The position numbers were made by a program, and so were the translations under genes. A stretch of DNA of 64,000 nt from Roseibacillus sp. (GTDB lineage Bacteria > Verrucomicrobiota > Verrucomicrobiia > Verrucomicrobiales > Akkermansiaceae): assembly GCA_051251855.1 (NCBI GenBank), contig JBPOGI010000005.1, positions 128,001-192,000 on the forward strand. Direction: 5' to 3'. Below, one piece after another: positions 36,414 to 45,814 of the stretch. Under the pieces are notes generated by a model, which saw only the letters and a program-made list of their open reading frames with translations, ran no database searches and was not told where the DNA came from. The first letter of the stretch is position 1, and each line of letters begins with the position of its first letter.

Positions 36414-37130
36414 CTAGTGGCAGCAGCTGGGGAGTTCTTCTGCAGGTTGCTCGGTGGTGGAGGGTGCGGGGGTGAGGAGAGGGACGGTGTCTTGGAGGCG
36501 GAAGAGCATGACGGCGGCGGCGACGACAGCGAGGGTGCGCTGGAGGTGGGTGAAAGTGGTGGCGGGGATGAGTTTTTTAATTTGAGTGAGGGATTGTTGG
36601 GCGGCCCAGAGGAGAGGGATGGTGCCAAGGCCGAAGGCGAGGGCGAATTCGGTGCCGCGCAGGGGGGAGCCAGTGAGGAGGCAGGCGGCGAAGAGGAGGT
36701 AGAGGGGGCCGCAGGGAAGAATGGGGGTGGCGAGGCCGAGGAGAAAGCCGCCGTGGGTGGAGGACATGCGAAAGGCGCGCATGCGTGCTTTGGCAAAGAG
36801 TTTGTCGAAGAACTTGGGGCGCGGGAGTTTTTTCCAGAGGCCAAGGGCGGTGACGAGGAAGACGGCGACCATGAACCAGGGGAGGAGGACGGCGGGGGTG
36901 TTGAAGACCCACTTGAGAGGTTGTTGGCCGAGGTAGCCACAAAGGGCACCGATGCTGCCGTAGGAAATGAGGCGGCCGAGGTGATAGGTGGTGGCTCCGA
37001 TGAGGCGGGAGGTTTCGCTGCCTTTCATGGAGGAGACGGTGCACGCGAGGGGCCCACACATGCCGATGCAGTGCACACTCGTGACGAGGCCTGCGATAAG
37101 GGCAGCGGAGATGGTGGTGACGCTTTCCAT
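36414..37130 (-). CDS. DsbD_2 / TauE-SafE-like membrane protein of cbb3 assembly clusters
   Basis: HCIGMCGP, YHLGRLISY, LPCG, FGLGTIP. Confidence 0.88.
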   Translation of the reverse strand: MESVTTISAALIAGLVTSVHCIGMCGPLACTVSSMKGSETSRLIGATTYHLGRLISYGSIGALCGYLGQQPLKWVFNTPAVLLPWFMVAVFLVTALGLWKKLPRPKFFDKLFAKARMRAFRMSSTHGGFLLGLATPILPCGPLYLLFAACLLTGSPLRGTEFALAFGLGTIPLLWAAQQSLTQIKKLIPATTFTHLQRTLAVVAAAVMLFRLQDTVPLLTPAPSTTEQPAEELPSCCH

Positions 37131-37146
37131 GAGGGGACGCGCGTAT

Positions 37147-37296
37147 TTAAGGCTGGTGGTTGGTCTGATGGGTCATTTCGACTTTCTCAGGGCGGAATTT
37201 GACCGCGATGGTGATGAGGGAGGACCAGGCGGTGATGAGGATGCCGAAGCAGAGGACGAGCAGTAACCAGGGATGTTTGCAGAGAAGGTTGGTCAT
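37147..37296 (-). CDS. Small membrane protein, CcoH/FixH-like position (49 aa)
   Basis: MTNLLCKHPWLLLVLCFGILITAWSSLITIAVKFRPEKVEMTHQTNHQP; PW-led TM helix between ccoG and the DsbD_2 gene; not in the ORF track. Confidence 0.6.
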   Translation of the reverse strand: MTNLLCKHPWLLLVLCFGILITAWSSLITIAVKFRPEKVEMTHQTNHQP

Positions 37297-37328
37297 GACG
37301 GTGTGGAAGATGGGGAAAAAGGAAGATT

Positions 37329-37372
37329 TTGGCTGCGCGTGGGTTGCGAGAGGATGGGCGGATTTTGCGGGG
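37329..37372 (-). promoter_or_regulatory. Conserved cco-regulon motif, copy 3
   Basis: TTGGCTGCGCGTGGGTTGCGAGAGGATGGGCGGATTTTGCGGG; half-sites at 37344 and 37365. Confidence 0.6.
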
Positions 37373-37404
37373 GGATTCGGGGGGGGCTTTTTTTGGGGAA
37401 AGTG

Positions 37405-37521
37405 GGTGAGGCCTTGAAAAACCGAAAAACCAAAGACTCAAAAACCAAAGTTGCGGCTTGGTGGTCATTTACGCAGGGCAGCGTTATTTTTTGGTTTTTG
37501 AGTTTTTAGCATTCGGTTTTT
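37405..37521. repeat. Octamer-array inverted-repeat element
   Basis: First 22 bp (GGTGAGGCCTTGAAAAACCGAA) identical to 36281-36302; arms at 37417-37449 and 37490-37521. Confidence 0.75.
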
Positions 37522-37537
37522 GAAGTCGAGGGGGACT

Positions 37538-38959
37538 TTAGGGTGTGCGTTCGTTGCCCGATTTGAGGGAGTTGGGATTGGGGCCTATGAAGCGGAGGGT
37601 TTGGGTGAGGACGGTGTTGCCGGGGTTGGCGGTGGCGCGAAGTTGGACTTCGACAGGGCCGGTGAAGTGCTCATAGTCGCAGACGATGATGGCGGGGCGG
37701 TTGAGCTCGCCTTTGGCTTCAATGGTGAGGGTTTTGTTTTCGCCTGAGAGGTTGAAGCCGGGTGGGGGAGAGATGAGGTCGAAGGTGACGGTGGCGGGCT
37801 GGTTGCGCTTGTTGATGAGGGTGACTTCGTAGTGGTTGCGCACCATATTGCCGTCGGTGTAGTGGGGTGGGCCGGCCATGCGAGTGACGGACCAGGTGTA
37901 GGGGCGGGCGCGCTGGAGGATGGTGCCAACCAAGGCGGTGGTGCCGAGGGCGGAAAGGATGAGATAGAGAATGATGCGGGGGCGGATGATGCGGCGCTTT
38001 TTGCCCTCAAGGCCGTTCATGGAGTCGTAGCGAACGAGGCCTTTGGGCTTGTCGATTTTGACCATGATTTCGTCGCAGGCGTCCACGCAGGCGGAGCAGC
38101 CGATGCACTCAATTTGGAGCCCGTTGCGAATATCGATACCGGTGGGGCAGACGTTGACGCAGCGGCGGCAATCGATGCAGTCGCCTTCGGCTTTGCCTTT
38201 GGCTCCGCGGGGTTCGCCACGAACCTCGTCATAGCCAATGATCATGGAGTCGTCGTCGGTGAGGACAGATTGAATACGGCCGTAAGGGCACATGATGATG
38301 CAGAATTGTTCGCGGAAGAAGGCGAAGCAGCCGTAGAGGACGGCGGTAAGGAAAGCGACGACGGCAAAGGGGGTGAAGTGCGCGAGGGGATTCTCATGCA
38401 TGAATCCGTAGAGGCCCTTGAGGGACACGAAGTAGGAGAGGAAGATGTGGGCAAGGAGGGCGGCGGAGAGGATGTAGATGCCGTGTTTGAGGATGCGTTT
38501 CCAAGCTTTTTCAAAAGACCATGGGGCGGCAGCGAGCTTGCGGCGGGCGGGAGCATCGCCGTCGATGAGGCGTTCGACACGGCGGAAGATGTGCTCCAAA
38601 AAGATGGTGTAGGGGCAGGCCCATCCGCACCAGAGACGACCAAGCAGGGAGGTAACGAAAAAGAGGGTGAAGCCGAGGCCCGAGATGAGGAAGAAGAGGA
38701 CCCAGAGGTCTTGGGGAGCGAGGGTGAGGCCGAAGAGGTGAAAGCGGCGTTGGGCGATGTCGAGGAAGACGGCTGGGTTGCCGTTGATTTGAATCCAAGG
38801 AAGGGCGACGTAGACGAAGAGCATCACGGCGGCGACGAGGCGGCGCAGCGTGTTGAATTTCCCGCGGACATCGGCGGGGTGAAGCACGTAGTGGGAGCCG
38901 TCATCGTTGATGGTGGTGACGGTCTCGAGGTTGGGCGCTTTTTTAATTGGCTTGGGCAT
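37538..38959 (-). CDS. ccoG: cbb3 oxidase accessory protein CcoG (4Fe-4S)
   Basis: GRLWCGWACP, REQFCIIMCPYGR, CIDCRRCVNVCPTGIDIR, ECIGCSACVDAC. Confidence 0.95.
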   Translation of the reverse strand: MPKPIKKAPNLETVTTINDDGSHYVLHPADVRGKFNTLRRLVAAVMLFVYVALPWIQINGNPAVFLDIAQRRFHLFGLTLAPQDLWVLFFLISGLGFTLFFVTSLLGRLWCGWACPYTIFLEHIFRRVERLIDGDAPARRKLAAAPWSFEKAWKRILKHGIYILSAALLAHIFLSYFVSLKGLYGFMHENPLAHFTPFAVVAFLTAVLYGCFAFFREQFCIIMCPYGRIQSVLTDDDSMIIGYDEVRGEPRGAKGKAEGDCIDCRRCVNVCPTGIDIRNGLQIECIGCSACVDACDEIMVKIDKPKGLVRYDSMNGLEGKKRRIIRPRIILYLILSALGTTALVGTILQRARPYTWSVTRMAGPPHYTDGNMVRNHYEVTLINKRNQPATVTFDLISPPPGFNLSGENKTLTIEAKGELNRPAIIVCDYEHFTGPVEVQLRATANPGNTVLTQTLRFIGPNPNSLKSGNERTP

Positions 38960-39003
38960 GGCTGCAGGTGGGACTGAAGGGAAGATGCCTTATGTCCGTT
39001 TAC

Positions 39004-39066
39004 TTTGCCTCGCATCGCTCATTTTTTGCCGCGCATGGATTGCGGTGACCCCTTTGTTGTTTGGGA
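39004..39066 (-). promoter_or_regulatory. Conserved cco-regulon motif, copy 4 (upstream of ccoG)
   Basis: TTTGCCTCGCAT and TTTGCCGCGCAT direct repeats 21 bp apart; TTGCG 39040 and TTGGG 39061 are colinear with the other copies. Confidence 0.5.
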
Positions 39067-39200
39067 AAATCGATGACTAGCCAGGGGTGGGTGAGCCCGT
39101 TGGGTCTGCCGGCGCCTAGCCGAGATAGGGCGAACGACTGAAGTCGCCCCTCCGTCCGAACGTGGGATTGGGGCTTGGACGGACCGACGCTCCTAGTGCC

Positions 39201-40361
39201 CTACTCTTCTTCCAAGCGCCAGACTTCGGCGACGATGGCTTTCTTGAGGGCGAGGGGCTCAATTTTGCCGGTGTGGCGGTAGAGGACTTGGCCTTCGTTG
39301 CCTATGAGGAGGGTGTGGGGCATGGCGCCGTTCCACTCGGGGTCGAGGGCTTTGGCGAGGTCTTCGGTGTCGCCGTCAAAGAGGTAGTTGTTGGTGTTGC
39401 GGCTGTCTTTCTTGAGAAGCTGCTTGGTGCGGGATCCGGTGCCGACGTTGTGCTCTTTGAGGAAGTCGGTGACCTTGTCGATGTCCTTGGGTGGGTCGAG
39501 GCTGATGGTGATGAACTCGAGGTTCTGTAGCGAGTATTGCTTGTAGATGGCGGCGAGGTCAGGGAACTCGGCGACGCAGGGTCCGCAGCTGGTGGACCAG
39601 ACGTTGAGGAGGCGGAAGGTGGATTTGGCTTCGTTGGAGACAAGTTTACCGACGGTGGCTGCGTCGATGGTTTCGACGTCGACGGGTTGGGCGTTCCATT
39701 TTTTATCGGACTCGGCGACGGCTCCGGCTTTTTCGAGCCACTTGGTGGTGCAACCTGTGGGGCGGGTTTTGATAATGGCGGGCTCTTTGCCAGCGACGAT
39801 GGCGGTGAGGGCATCACGGGCTTCGTTCTTTTTGGCGGGGCCGAGGCTGCGGCGTCCGTCGTCCATGCGGCCGTTGTATTTGAGCTTGAGGTCGGCGTCG
39901 AAGATGAAGATGTGTGGGGTGGAGACCGCTCCGTAGGCTTTAGCGACTTCTTGGGTTTCGCCATCGTAGAGATAGGGGAGATTGAATTCGGATTCGGCGG
40001 AGACGAGTTTCATGTCTTCGAAGGAGTCGCTGTAGACGGTGAATCTGAGTTCGTCGAGGCGGAGGCCTTTGGGGGAGTTGCTGTTGATGGCGGCGAAGCC
40101 GACTCCTTGGGATTCGAATTGCTCGACGAGGGCTTTCATGCGGCCGATGCAGGCGATGGCATCGGGGCAATGATTAGTGGTGAAGATGATGGCGGTGGCC
40201 TTTTCGCCTTTGACATCGGCGAGGGTGAGGGTTTTGTCGTCTACGTTCACGAGGGCGAAGTCGGGGGCGGTGGCTCCTTGTTCGAGGGGAGTGGGAGTGT
40301 AGGCGAGGGTCATCGCGGCGGTGGACGCGAGCGCGCAGGTGGCGAGGATGAGTGTTTTCAT
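39201..40361 (-). CDS. Secreted redoxin with two thioredoxin-like domains
   Basis: Signal peptide; APDF...NHCP...YNGRMDD (AhpC-like) and NVWSTSCGPCVAEFP (TlpA-like). Confidence 0.88.
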   Translation of the reverse strand: MKTLILATCALASTAAMTLAYTPTPLEQGATAPDFALVNVDDKTLTLADVKGEKATAIIFTTNHCPDAIACIGRMKALVEQFESQGVGFAAINSNSPKGLRLDELRFTVYSDSFEDMKLVSAESEFNLPYLYDGETQEVAKAYGAVSTPHIFIFDADLKLKYNGRMDDGRRSLGPAKKNEARDALTAIVAGKEPAIIKTRPTGCTTKWLEKAGAVAESDKKWNAQPVDVETIDAATVGKLVSNEAKSTFRLLNVWSTSCGPCVAEFPDLAAIYKQYSLQNLEFITISLDPPKDIDKVTDFLKEHNVGTGSRTKQLLKKDSRNTNNYLFDGDTEDLAKALDPEWNGAMPHTLLIGNEGQVLYRHTGKIEPLALKKAIVAEVWRLEEE

Positions 40362-40396
40362 AGCGGTGAGTTTACGGGGTGTGTTCGAGGTTCTAT

Positions 40397-40837
40397 TCAC
40401 TTTTTTGAACGGCTTGCTTTGCGGATTTTTTTGAGAAGGGCGGTGATCAGTTGGCTTTCGCGATCGGTGAGGGTAGCAAAGAGGGGTCCGAAGATTTGGT
40501 CGCGCTCGGCGGTGAGCTGGCGAAGGGTTTGTTTGCCAATTTTGGTGACGTCGACCCAGACTTTGCGGCCGTCTTTTTCGTCGCGGTGGGTGGCGACGAG
40601 GTCGCGGGAGCCGAGACGTTGCACGGCGGAGGTCATGGAACCGCTGGTGAGACCAACTTTGGGGGCGATTTGGTTGACTGGGCGAGGGCCTTTTTTCTGA
40701 AGGTAGGAAAGGATGGCGAGGTCGGAGGCGCAAAGTTTGTGAGAAGAGAGGAGGGAGCGCTCTTGGTCGGCGAGGAGGGACTCGGTCTCGGTGATTAATT
40801 TTCGGGCTTGGAGGGCTTCCGAGTCCTTTTTCTTCAT
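40397..40837 (-). CDS. MarR-family transcriptional regulator
   Basis: LTSGSMTSAVQRL...DGRKVWVDVTKIG. Confidence 0.88.
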   Translation of the reverse strand: MKKKDSEALQARKLITETESLLADQERSLLSSHKLCASDLAILSYLQKKGPRPVNQIAPKVGLTSGSMTSAVQRLGSRDLVATHRDEKDGRKVWVDVTKIGKQTLRQLTAERDQIFGPLFATLTDRESQLITALLKKIRKASRSKK

Positions 40838-40924
40838 GGGTGGAGTCTGGGCAAAAAAGAACTCCGCGAAAAGCTCTCGTTAAAGAACCTTTGGCGGAGT
40901 GAAAGCTAAGTAGGGGTAAGTGAC

Positions 40925-41200
40925 TTAGAACCAGCCTTTATTACCGGTGATGTAGGTGTCGACGAACTCTTGGTCGCTCTTGGTGAGGTAGATAATTCCC
41001 TCGATGAGGCCGATGATGCTACCGGCTCCACACGTCACGAGTGAGACGACGAGTTGGATGATTCCTTCTTTCTGATATCCAAGGTAAAATTTGTGAATAC
41101 CAAGGCTACCAAGGAGGATTCCAAGGATACCTGCGACCATTTTCTTATCGGCTCCGGGGATTTGGGCGCCGCCTGCTGGTGGAGTGCTTTCTTCTGACAT
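40925..41200 (-). CDS. TM2 domain protein
   Basis: KKMVAGILGILLGSLGIHKFYLG...IEGIIYL. Confidence 0.9.
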   Translation of the reverse strand: MSEESTPPAGGAQIPGADKKMVAGILGILLGSLGIHKFYLGYQKEGIIQLVVSLVTCGAGSIIGLIEGIIYLTKSDQEFVDTYITGNKGWF

Positions 41201-41296
41201 CAAGACTAGAAAATCAGAAACCGTCGTGTTTTCAAGGATGGAATCACGTTCTCAAGACTTTTCGAGTCTGGAAAGAGGAGTTAGCGTCTCGGCGAG

Positions 41297-41836
41297 ATGG
41301 ACGATGTTTTTGCCGACTTTAGCAGTGATGAATACTTTATGCAGATGGCGCTGCGTGAGGCGCAAAAGGCATTGCGGGCGACCGAGGTGCCGATTGGGGC
41401 CGTGATTGTGCGGGGGATGGAGGTGATTGCGAAGGGCTGGAATCAAGTGGAAACGCTGAAGGATGCCACGGCTCATGCGGAGATGATTGCGCTGACTTCG
41501 GCTCAGGAGGCTTATGGGGATTGGCGTTTGGAGGGGTGCACTCTGTATGTGACGAAGGAGCCCTGCCCGATGTGTGCGGGGGCGATTGTGCATTGTCGTC
41601 CCGATCGGGTGGTCTTTGGGTGCGGGGATCCGAAGGGGGGAGCCGCAGGAGGCTGGATTAATTTATTGGAGTCGAATCCGCCGTTGAATCATCGTTGTGA
41701 GGTGACTTCTGGGGTTTTGGGCGATGAGTGCGGGGGGCTGATTCAAGGTTTTTTTCGCGAAGCGCGGGCAAAGAAGGCGGCGGCGAGGACGTTGGAAAAA
41801 TATGGGGATGAGGGGCCACCACCGGAGCAAAACTGA
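41297..41836 (+). CDS. tadA: tRNA adenosine deaminase
   Basis: EVPIGAV, TAHAE, EPCPMCAGA, DPKGGA. Confidence 0.92.
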   Translation: MDDVFADFSSDEYFMQMALREAQKALRATEVPIGAVIVRGMEVIAKGWNQVETLKDATAHAEMIALTSAQEAYGDWRLEGCTLYVTKEPCPMCAGAIVHCRPDRVVFGCGDPKGGAAGGWINLLESNPPLNHRCEVTSGVLGDECGGLIQGFFREARAKKAAARTLEKYGDEGPPPEQN

Positions 41837-41839
41837 GGG

Positions 41840-42253
41840 ATGAAGATGAGAGCAGTTATTTTGTGGTGGATTTTGATGGGGTTTGCGCAGGCGGATTTTG
41901 CGGTGGAGGTTTCGGGAGTGACTGGAAAAGAGGGGTTCGTGCGGGCGCTGGTGTTTGCGACGAAGGAGGGGTTTCCCGAGAGTCGGGGCAAGGCGATGAA
42001 GGGAATTTCGGTCAAGGCTTCAGAGGCAAAGGGTGGTAAGATTATGTTGAGGTTTGTGGGGGTGAAGGTGACGGAGGGGGTGGTGTCGGTTTTTCACGAT
42101 CAAGATGGTAGTGGAACGATGAAGAAGTCGCTGATTGGGGTGCCGAAGGAACCGGTGGCGATCTCGGGTTGGAGCGGAAAGGGGCGACCGAAATTTGAGA
42201 AGTGTTTTGGAAAATTGAGTGGGACGTTGCGAGTGGTTTTGAAGAAGATGTGA
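41840..42253 (+). CDS. DUF2141 domain protein
   Basis: Signal peptide; VFHDQDGSG...IGVPKE. Confidence 0.8.
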   Translation: MKMRAVILWWILMGFAQADFAVEVSGVTGKEGFVRALVFATKEGFPESRGKAMKGISVKASEAKGGKIMLRFVGVKVTEGVVSVFHDQDGSGTMKKSLIGVPKEPVAISGWSGKGRPKFEKCFGKLSGTLRVVLKKM

Positions 42254-42346
42254 ATTATCGAGGGTTAGCTTTAGTTGGAAGGGTCAGCTACGGATGGAAA
42301 AACAAGTCGCACGTGGGTAAAGCTGTGGTATTGGTCGTTCGCGAAA

Positions 42347-43870
42347 ATGGCTAAGAAACGTGTGATTGTAATTGGAGCCGGCCCTGGAGGTTTGGCGTCG
42401 GCGATGATTTTAGCCCACCGGGGTTTTGAGGTCACAGTTTTAGAGAAGAAGGAGCGCGTGGGGGGGCGGACTTCTTGTATTGAGCGAAATGGTTTCAAGT
42501 TCGATTTGGGGCCAACTTTCTTGCACCAGAAATTTACGCTGGATGAGATTTTTGCGGAGACGGGGCGGAAGTCGGAGGACTACATCGACTTTGTGGCTTT
42601 GAAGCCAATGTCGAAGTTGACTTGGGGGGACGTGAGCTTGGAAACGACCTCCGACCAGGACCAGATGGCGGAGAATATCGAGGCGGCGTTTCCGGGGCAC
42701 GCGGAGGGCTATCGTCGGTTCATGGAAGACCATGCGGTGAAGTTAAAGACGATTTTTCCGTGCTTACAGAAACCCTACTACAAGCTGACTCATTATTTGC
42801 GGAAAGAGATGCTGCGGGTGATGCCCTATGTCGCGACGCCGAAGAGTGTGGTCGATGTGTTAGAAAATTATTTTGAAGATGATCGGCTGAAGTTGGCGTT
42901 CACCTTTCAGTCGAAGTATCTGGGGATGAGCCCGTGGAAGTGTCCGGGACTCTTTAGTATTCTCAGTTACATCGAGTATCGTTACGGGATTTATCATACT
43001 CAAGGGGGGTTGGCCGCGATTCCGGAGGCGATGGCTAAGGTCGTTGAAGAGGAGGGGGGCACGGTGCGTCTGGGGACTGCCATCAAGGAGGTTCTTTTCT
43101 CAGGAAAGAGGGCGACGGGTGCTCTGTTAGAGAATGGCGAGAAGTTGGAGGCAGACGATGTGGTGATGAATTCGGACTACGCTCGCTCGATGACGACCTT
43201 GATGAATGGGCATTCGAAGAGTGATGAGGAGATGCGTGGTAAGAAGTTCTCGTGCTCAACTTTCATGCTCTATCTGGGGCTGGATAAACTTTATGCTGAG
43301 GAGCCGCATCATCACATTATTTTTGCCGATAACTACCGCAAGAATGTAGAGGAAATCGGAGGCGAGACGACGCCTTCGGAAGACATGTCCATCTACGTGA
43401 GGAATAGTAGCATCACGGATCCAACAGTGGCACCGGAGGGGATGTCGCAGCTCTATATCTTGGTGCCGACGATCAATACGCGTAATGGTCTCGATTGGGA
43501 GGTAACGAAGAAGGAGTATCGAGATAAGGTCTTGGCTCGCATTGAGGAGAAGACGGGGATGAAGGACTTGCGCGACCACATTGTGGAAGAGGTGATTTAT
43601 ACGCCGGAGAGCTGGCGGGATGAGGGGGATATTTTCCTCGGGGCCACTTTCAATCTCGCTCATACCATCGACCAGATGATGTACTTCCGGCCTCATAATC
43701 GTTTGGACGGATTTGAGAATGTCTATCTGGTGGGAGGGGGGACGCACCCGGGGAGTGGGCTACCGACGATTTTCGAGAGCGGGCGCATTTCATCGAACAT
43801 GCTTTGTGATGCGAGGAAGGTGGAGTACGGGAGAGCTGATCTCTCTACAGAGGTTTTGGCTGCGGGGTGA
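42347..43870 (+). CDS. Phytoene desaturase family (CrtI/CrtN/CrtP-like) FAD oxidoreductase
   Basis: VIGAGPGGL, FDLGPT, YLVGGGTHPGSGLP. Confidence 0.9.
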   Translation: MAKKRVIVIGAGPGGLASAMILAHRGFEVTVLEKKERVGGRTSCIERNGFKFDLGPTFLHQKFTLDEIFAETGRKSEDYIDFVALKPMSKLTWGDVSLETTSDQDQMAENIEAAFPGHAEGYRRFMEDHAVKLKTIFPCLQKPYYKLTHYLRKEMLRVMPYVATPKSVVDVLENYFEDDRLKLAFTFQSKYLGMSPWKCPGLFSILSYIEYRYGIYHTQGGLAAIPEAMAKVVEEEGGTVRLGTAIKEVLFSGKRATGALLENGEKLEADDVVMNSDYARSMTTLMNGHSKSDEEMRGKKFSCSTFMLYLGLDKLYAEEPHHHIIFADNYRKNVEEIGGETTPSEDMSIYVRNSSITDPTVAPEGMSQLYILVPTINTRNGLDWEVTKKEYRDKVLARIEEKTGMKDLRDHIVEEVIYTPESWRDEGDIFLGATFNLAHTIDQMMYFRPHNRLDGFENVYLVGGGTHPGSGLPTIFESGRISSNMLCDARKVEYGRADLSTEVLAAG

Positions 43871-43957
43871 GTTTTTCGATCGTGTTGAGGAGTAGCAACT
43901 TGAGCGAGGGTTGATTCTTTGAAGTGGCCTTTTGTTGCTTAATGCTGTCTTTAGAGG

Positions 43958-44632
43958 GTGATGAGAACTTTTCTAGCTGCGCTCGTAGCCCCCTTTTTTC
44001 TAAGTAGCTGTGCGCAATTTTTCGTTAAGGAAAAGACTTACGAGACAGCGGGTGGCAGCGAGGTGAACGGTGCTGCGGTGACGAGCGCGGTGAAGGGTAT
44101 GGGTGGAAAGGCAGGAATCTCGGTCTCGGCGATGGTCTACAATGCGGCGACGGGCGAGACTGACGGGCCGTTTCTCTGGCGTATCGAGGCGCGGGGTCAA
44201 GAAGGAGTTCATGAATCGCTTACGGTTCATAGCTTGCGGGTGAAGACTGAGAAGACGAAGCGTAACGAGCCTTTTCCAAGTAAGTGGCTGAACAAGGCGG
44301 CTCCTTTTGAAGAGATGAAGGGGAAAAAGAATGAGGGGGTTGTTTTTGCGAAGTTTCAGCTGCCAGGCAAGTTGGAGGTGTTTCCCGAGGTTGATGGGCA
44401 AATCACGATGGAGGCCGATCTTTCGGTGAAAGCAAATGGGCGAACGGAACGCAAGAAGCTCAGCTTTGTGATGGAACCTCAAGTGGGCCGCAGGAATGAG
44501 ATGATCTTTCTTCCGAAGGAAATTGTAACGAGCTTTGGCAAAAAGGATCCTACGGAATGGACTTGGAATAATACTCCGGGGGCAGATCGCTATGGTGATG
44601 AGTTCTGGGGCGCCGATGGGCGGGGCTATTGA
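43958..44632 (+). CDS. Hypothetical lipoprotein
   Basis: Lipobox LSSC; codon usage like neighbours. Confidence 0.7.
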   Translation: MMRTFLAALVAPFFLSSCAQFFVKEKTYETAGGSEVNGAAVTSAVKGMGGKAGISVSAMVYNAATGETDGPFLWRIEARGQEGVHESLTVHSLRVKTEKTKRNEPFPSKWLNKAAPFEEMKGKKNEGVVFAKFQLPGKLEVFPEVDGQITMEADLSVKANGRTERKKLSFVMEPQVGRRNEMIFLPKEIVTSFGKKDPTEWTWNNTPGADRYGDEFWGADGRGY

Positions 44633-44666
44633 TTTGCACCCTGCAGATTTTTGCCAGGGTTTGGCT

Positions 44667-45605
44667 CTAATCAAGAGCTTCGAAGTCGAGGATGAGTCCC
44701 TTGCTTTTCCAAAAGAGGATAAGCTTTTTTTCAAGGTCGGCGGGGACTTTTTCTAAAGGGTTGGATTGGGTGTTTCGCTTGTCGGTGAGTCTTTGCTGGA
44801 AAAAATCTGACAGTTGTCCTCGGCGTTTTGATCCGCCTTCCAAGTAATAGTGTGCCAGAAGGAGGGCTGCGGCGTAGGAGCGATAGCGGTCTTCGGGGGG
44901 GGCGAGACGATTGGTGCGAATCCATTCTTTCGAGGAAAGGGAAGCGACTTCAGCGAGCCGCGGTAGGACGAGAATTGGGAAACGTTCGTGGGGGTAAAAC
45001 TTGCGAATGTGCTGCTGAATTTTTCGCTGAGTGTCTGTAAAGTCGTAGCGGCCCTTTCCAAGATGGCAGCTCGAAAAATACTCGGCGATTCCTTCGGCTA
45101 ACCACGGGGGGATGGCTCCGTATCGATGCATGGCGAGGTGGCAAAGCTCATGGATCAGGAGGTCGCCATCGGGACTCAGCTGCAAGCTTGTTCCAGTTGC
45201 TTGAGGAGGGTTGAGCAGTAAGTCGCCTCGGACGAGGACGATTGCTTGTCGGCCGTGGTAGTAACCTGCTGCTCCGAGAGGACCTCCTCTTGCGACGAAG
45301 CTGGTTTCGTCTCGGCAGAGCCGGATTTCAACCTTGGAGTCTTGGGGAGGGACCCAAAGTGAAAGCGGGAGGGATTGGAAGAGGCGGGGGACGCTCTCGA
45401 TGACTTGGGTAAAATCAAGAAGCCGCTGCTTGGGGAGTTCGGTCTCGCTGACGAGGATGAAGTGAGGGGTTTCCCAAGCGAGGGCCTCATCTTTATTGGG
45501 TAGTCGTTTGAGTTTAGGCGGGGTGGTCTCAAAGTGAGTGGGCCACTTTTCCTGCGCGGGTAAGGGGAGAATGAGAAGAGCAAAAAGAAGCACTACCGCT
45601 GGCAT
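44667..45605 (-). CDS. Secreted zincin-like (DUF1570-like) protein
   Basis: AAGYY, HELCH, WLAEGIAEYF. Confidence 0.75.
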   Translation of the reverse strand: MPAVVLLFALLILPLPAQEKWPTHFETTPPKLKRLPNKDEALAWETPHFILVSETELPKQRLLDFTQVIESVPRLFQSLPLSLWVPPQDSKVEIRLCRDETSFVARGGPLGAAGYYHGRQAIVLVRGDLLLNPPQATGTSLQLSPDGDLLIHELCHLAMHRYGAIPPWLAEGIAEYFSSCHLGKGRYDFTDTQRKIQQHIRKFYPHERFPILVLPRLAEVASLSSKEWIRTNRLAPPEDRYRSYAAALLLAHYYLEGGSKRRGQLSDFFQQRLTDKRNTQSNPLEKVPADLEKKLILFWKSKGLILDFEALD

Positions 45606-45814
45606 AGAGGAACGATAAGAGGGGATGTTACCGAAAAGAAGCGGACTTTTGTGTGAATTGTTCTGGAAAAGGGGCGTTGTGAGTGTTGAGGGCGACTTTT
45701 CTAGATGAAATGAGAAGAACGTGGCGTTTTATAAAGGGAGAAAGTCCCTCCAAAGGTGTTGCCGTTCTCAGGGCTCGCAAAGACCCAAAAATGATGCATC
45801 GTAGTTGAAATCAA

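Noticed and set aside
36281..37521. CRISPR array
   Set aside because: Repeats are short tandem units in inverted arms with no regular repeat-spacer period, and there are no cas genes.
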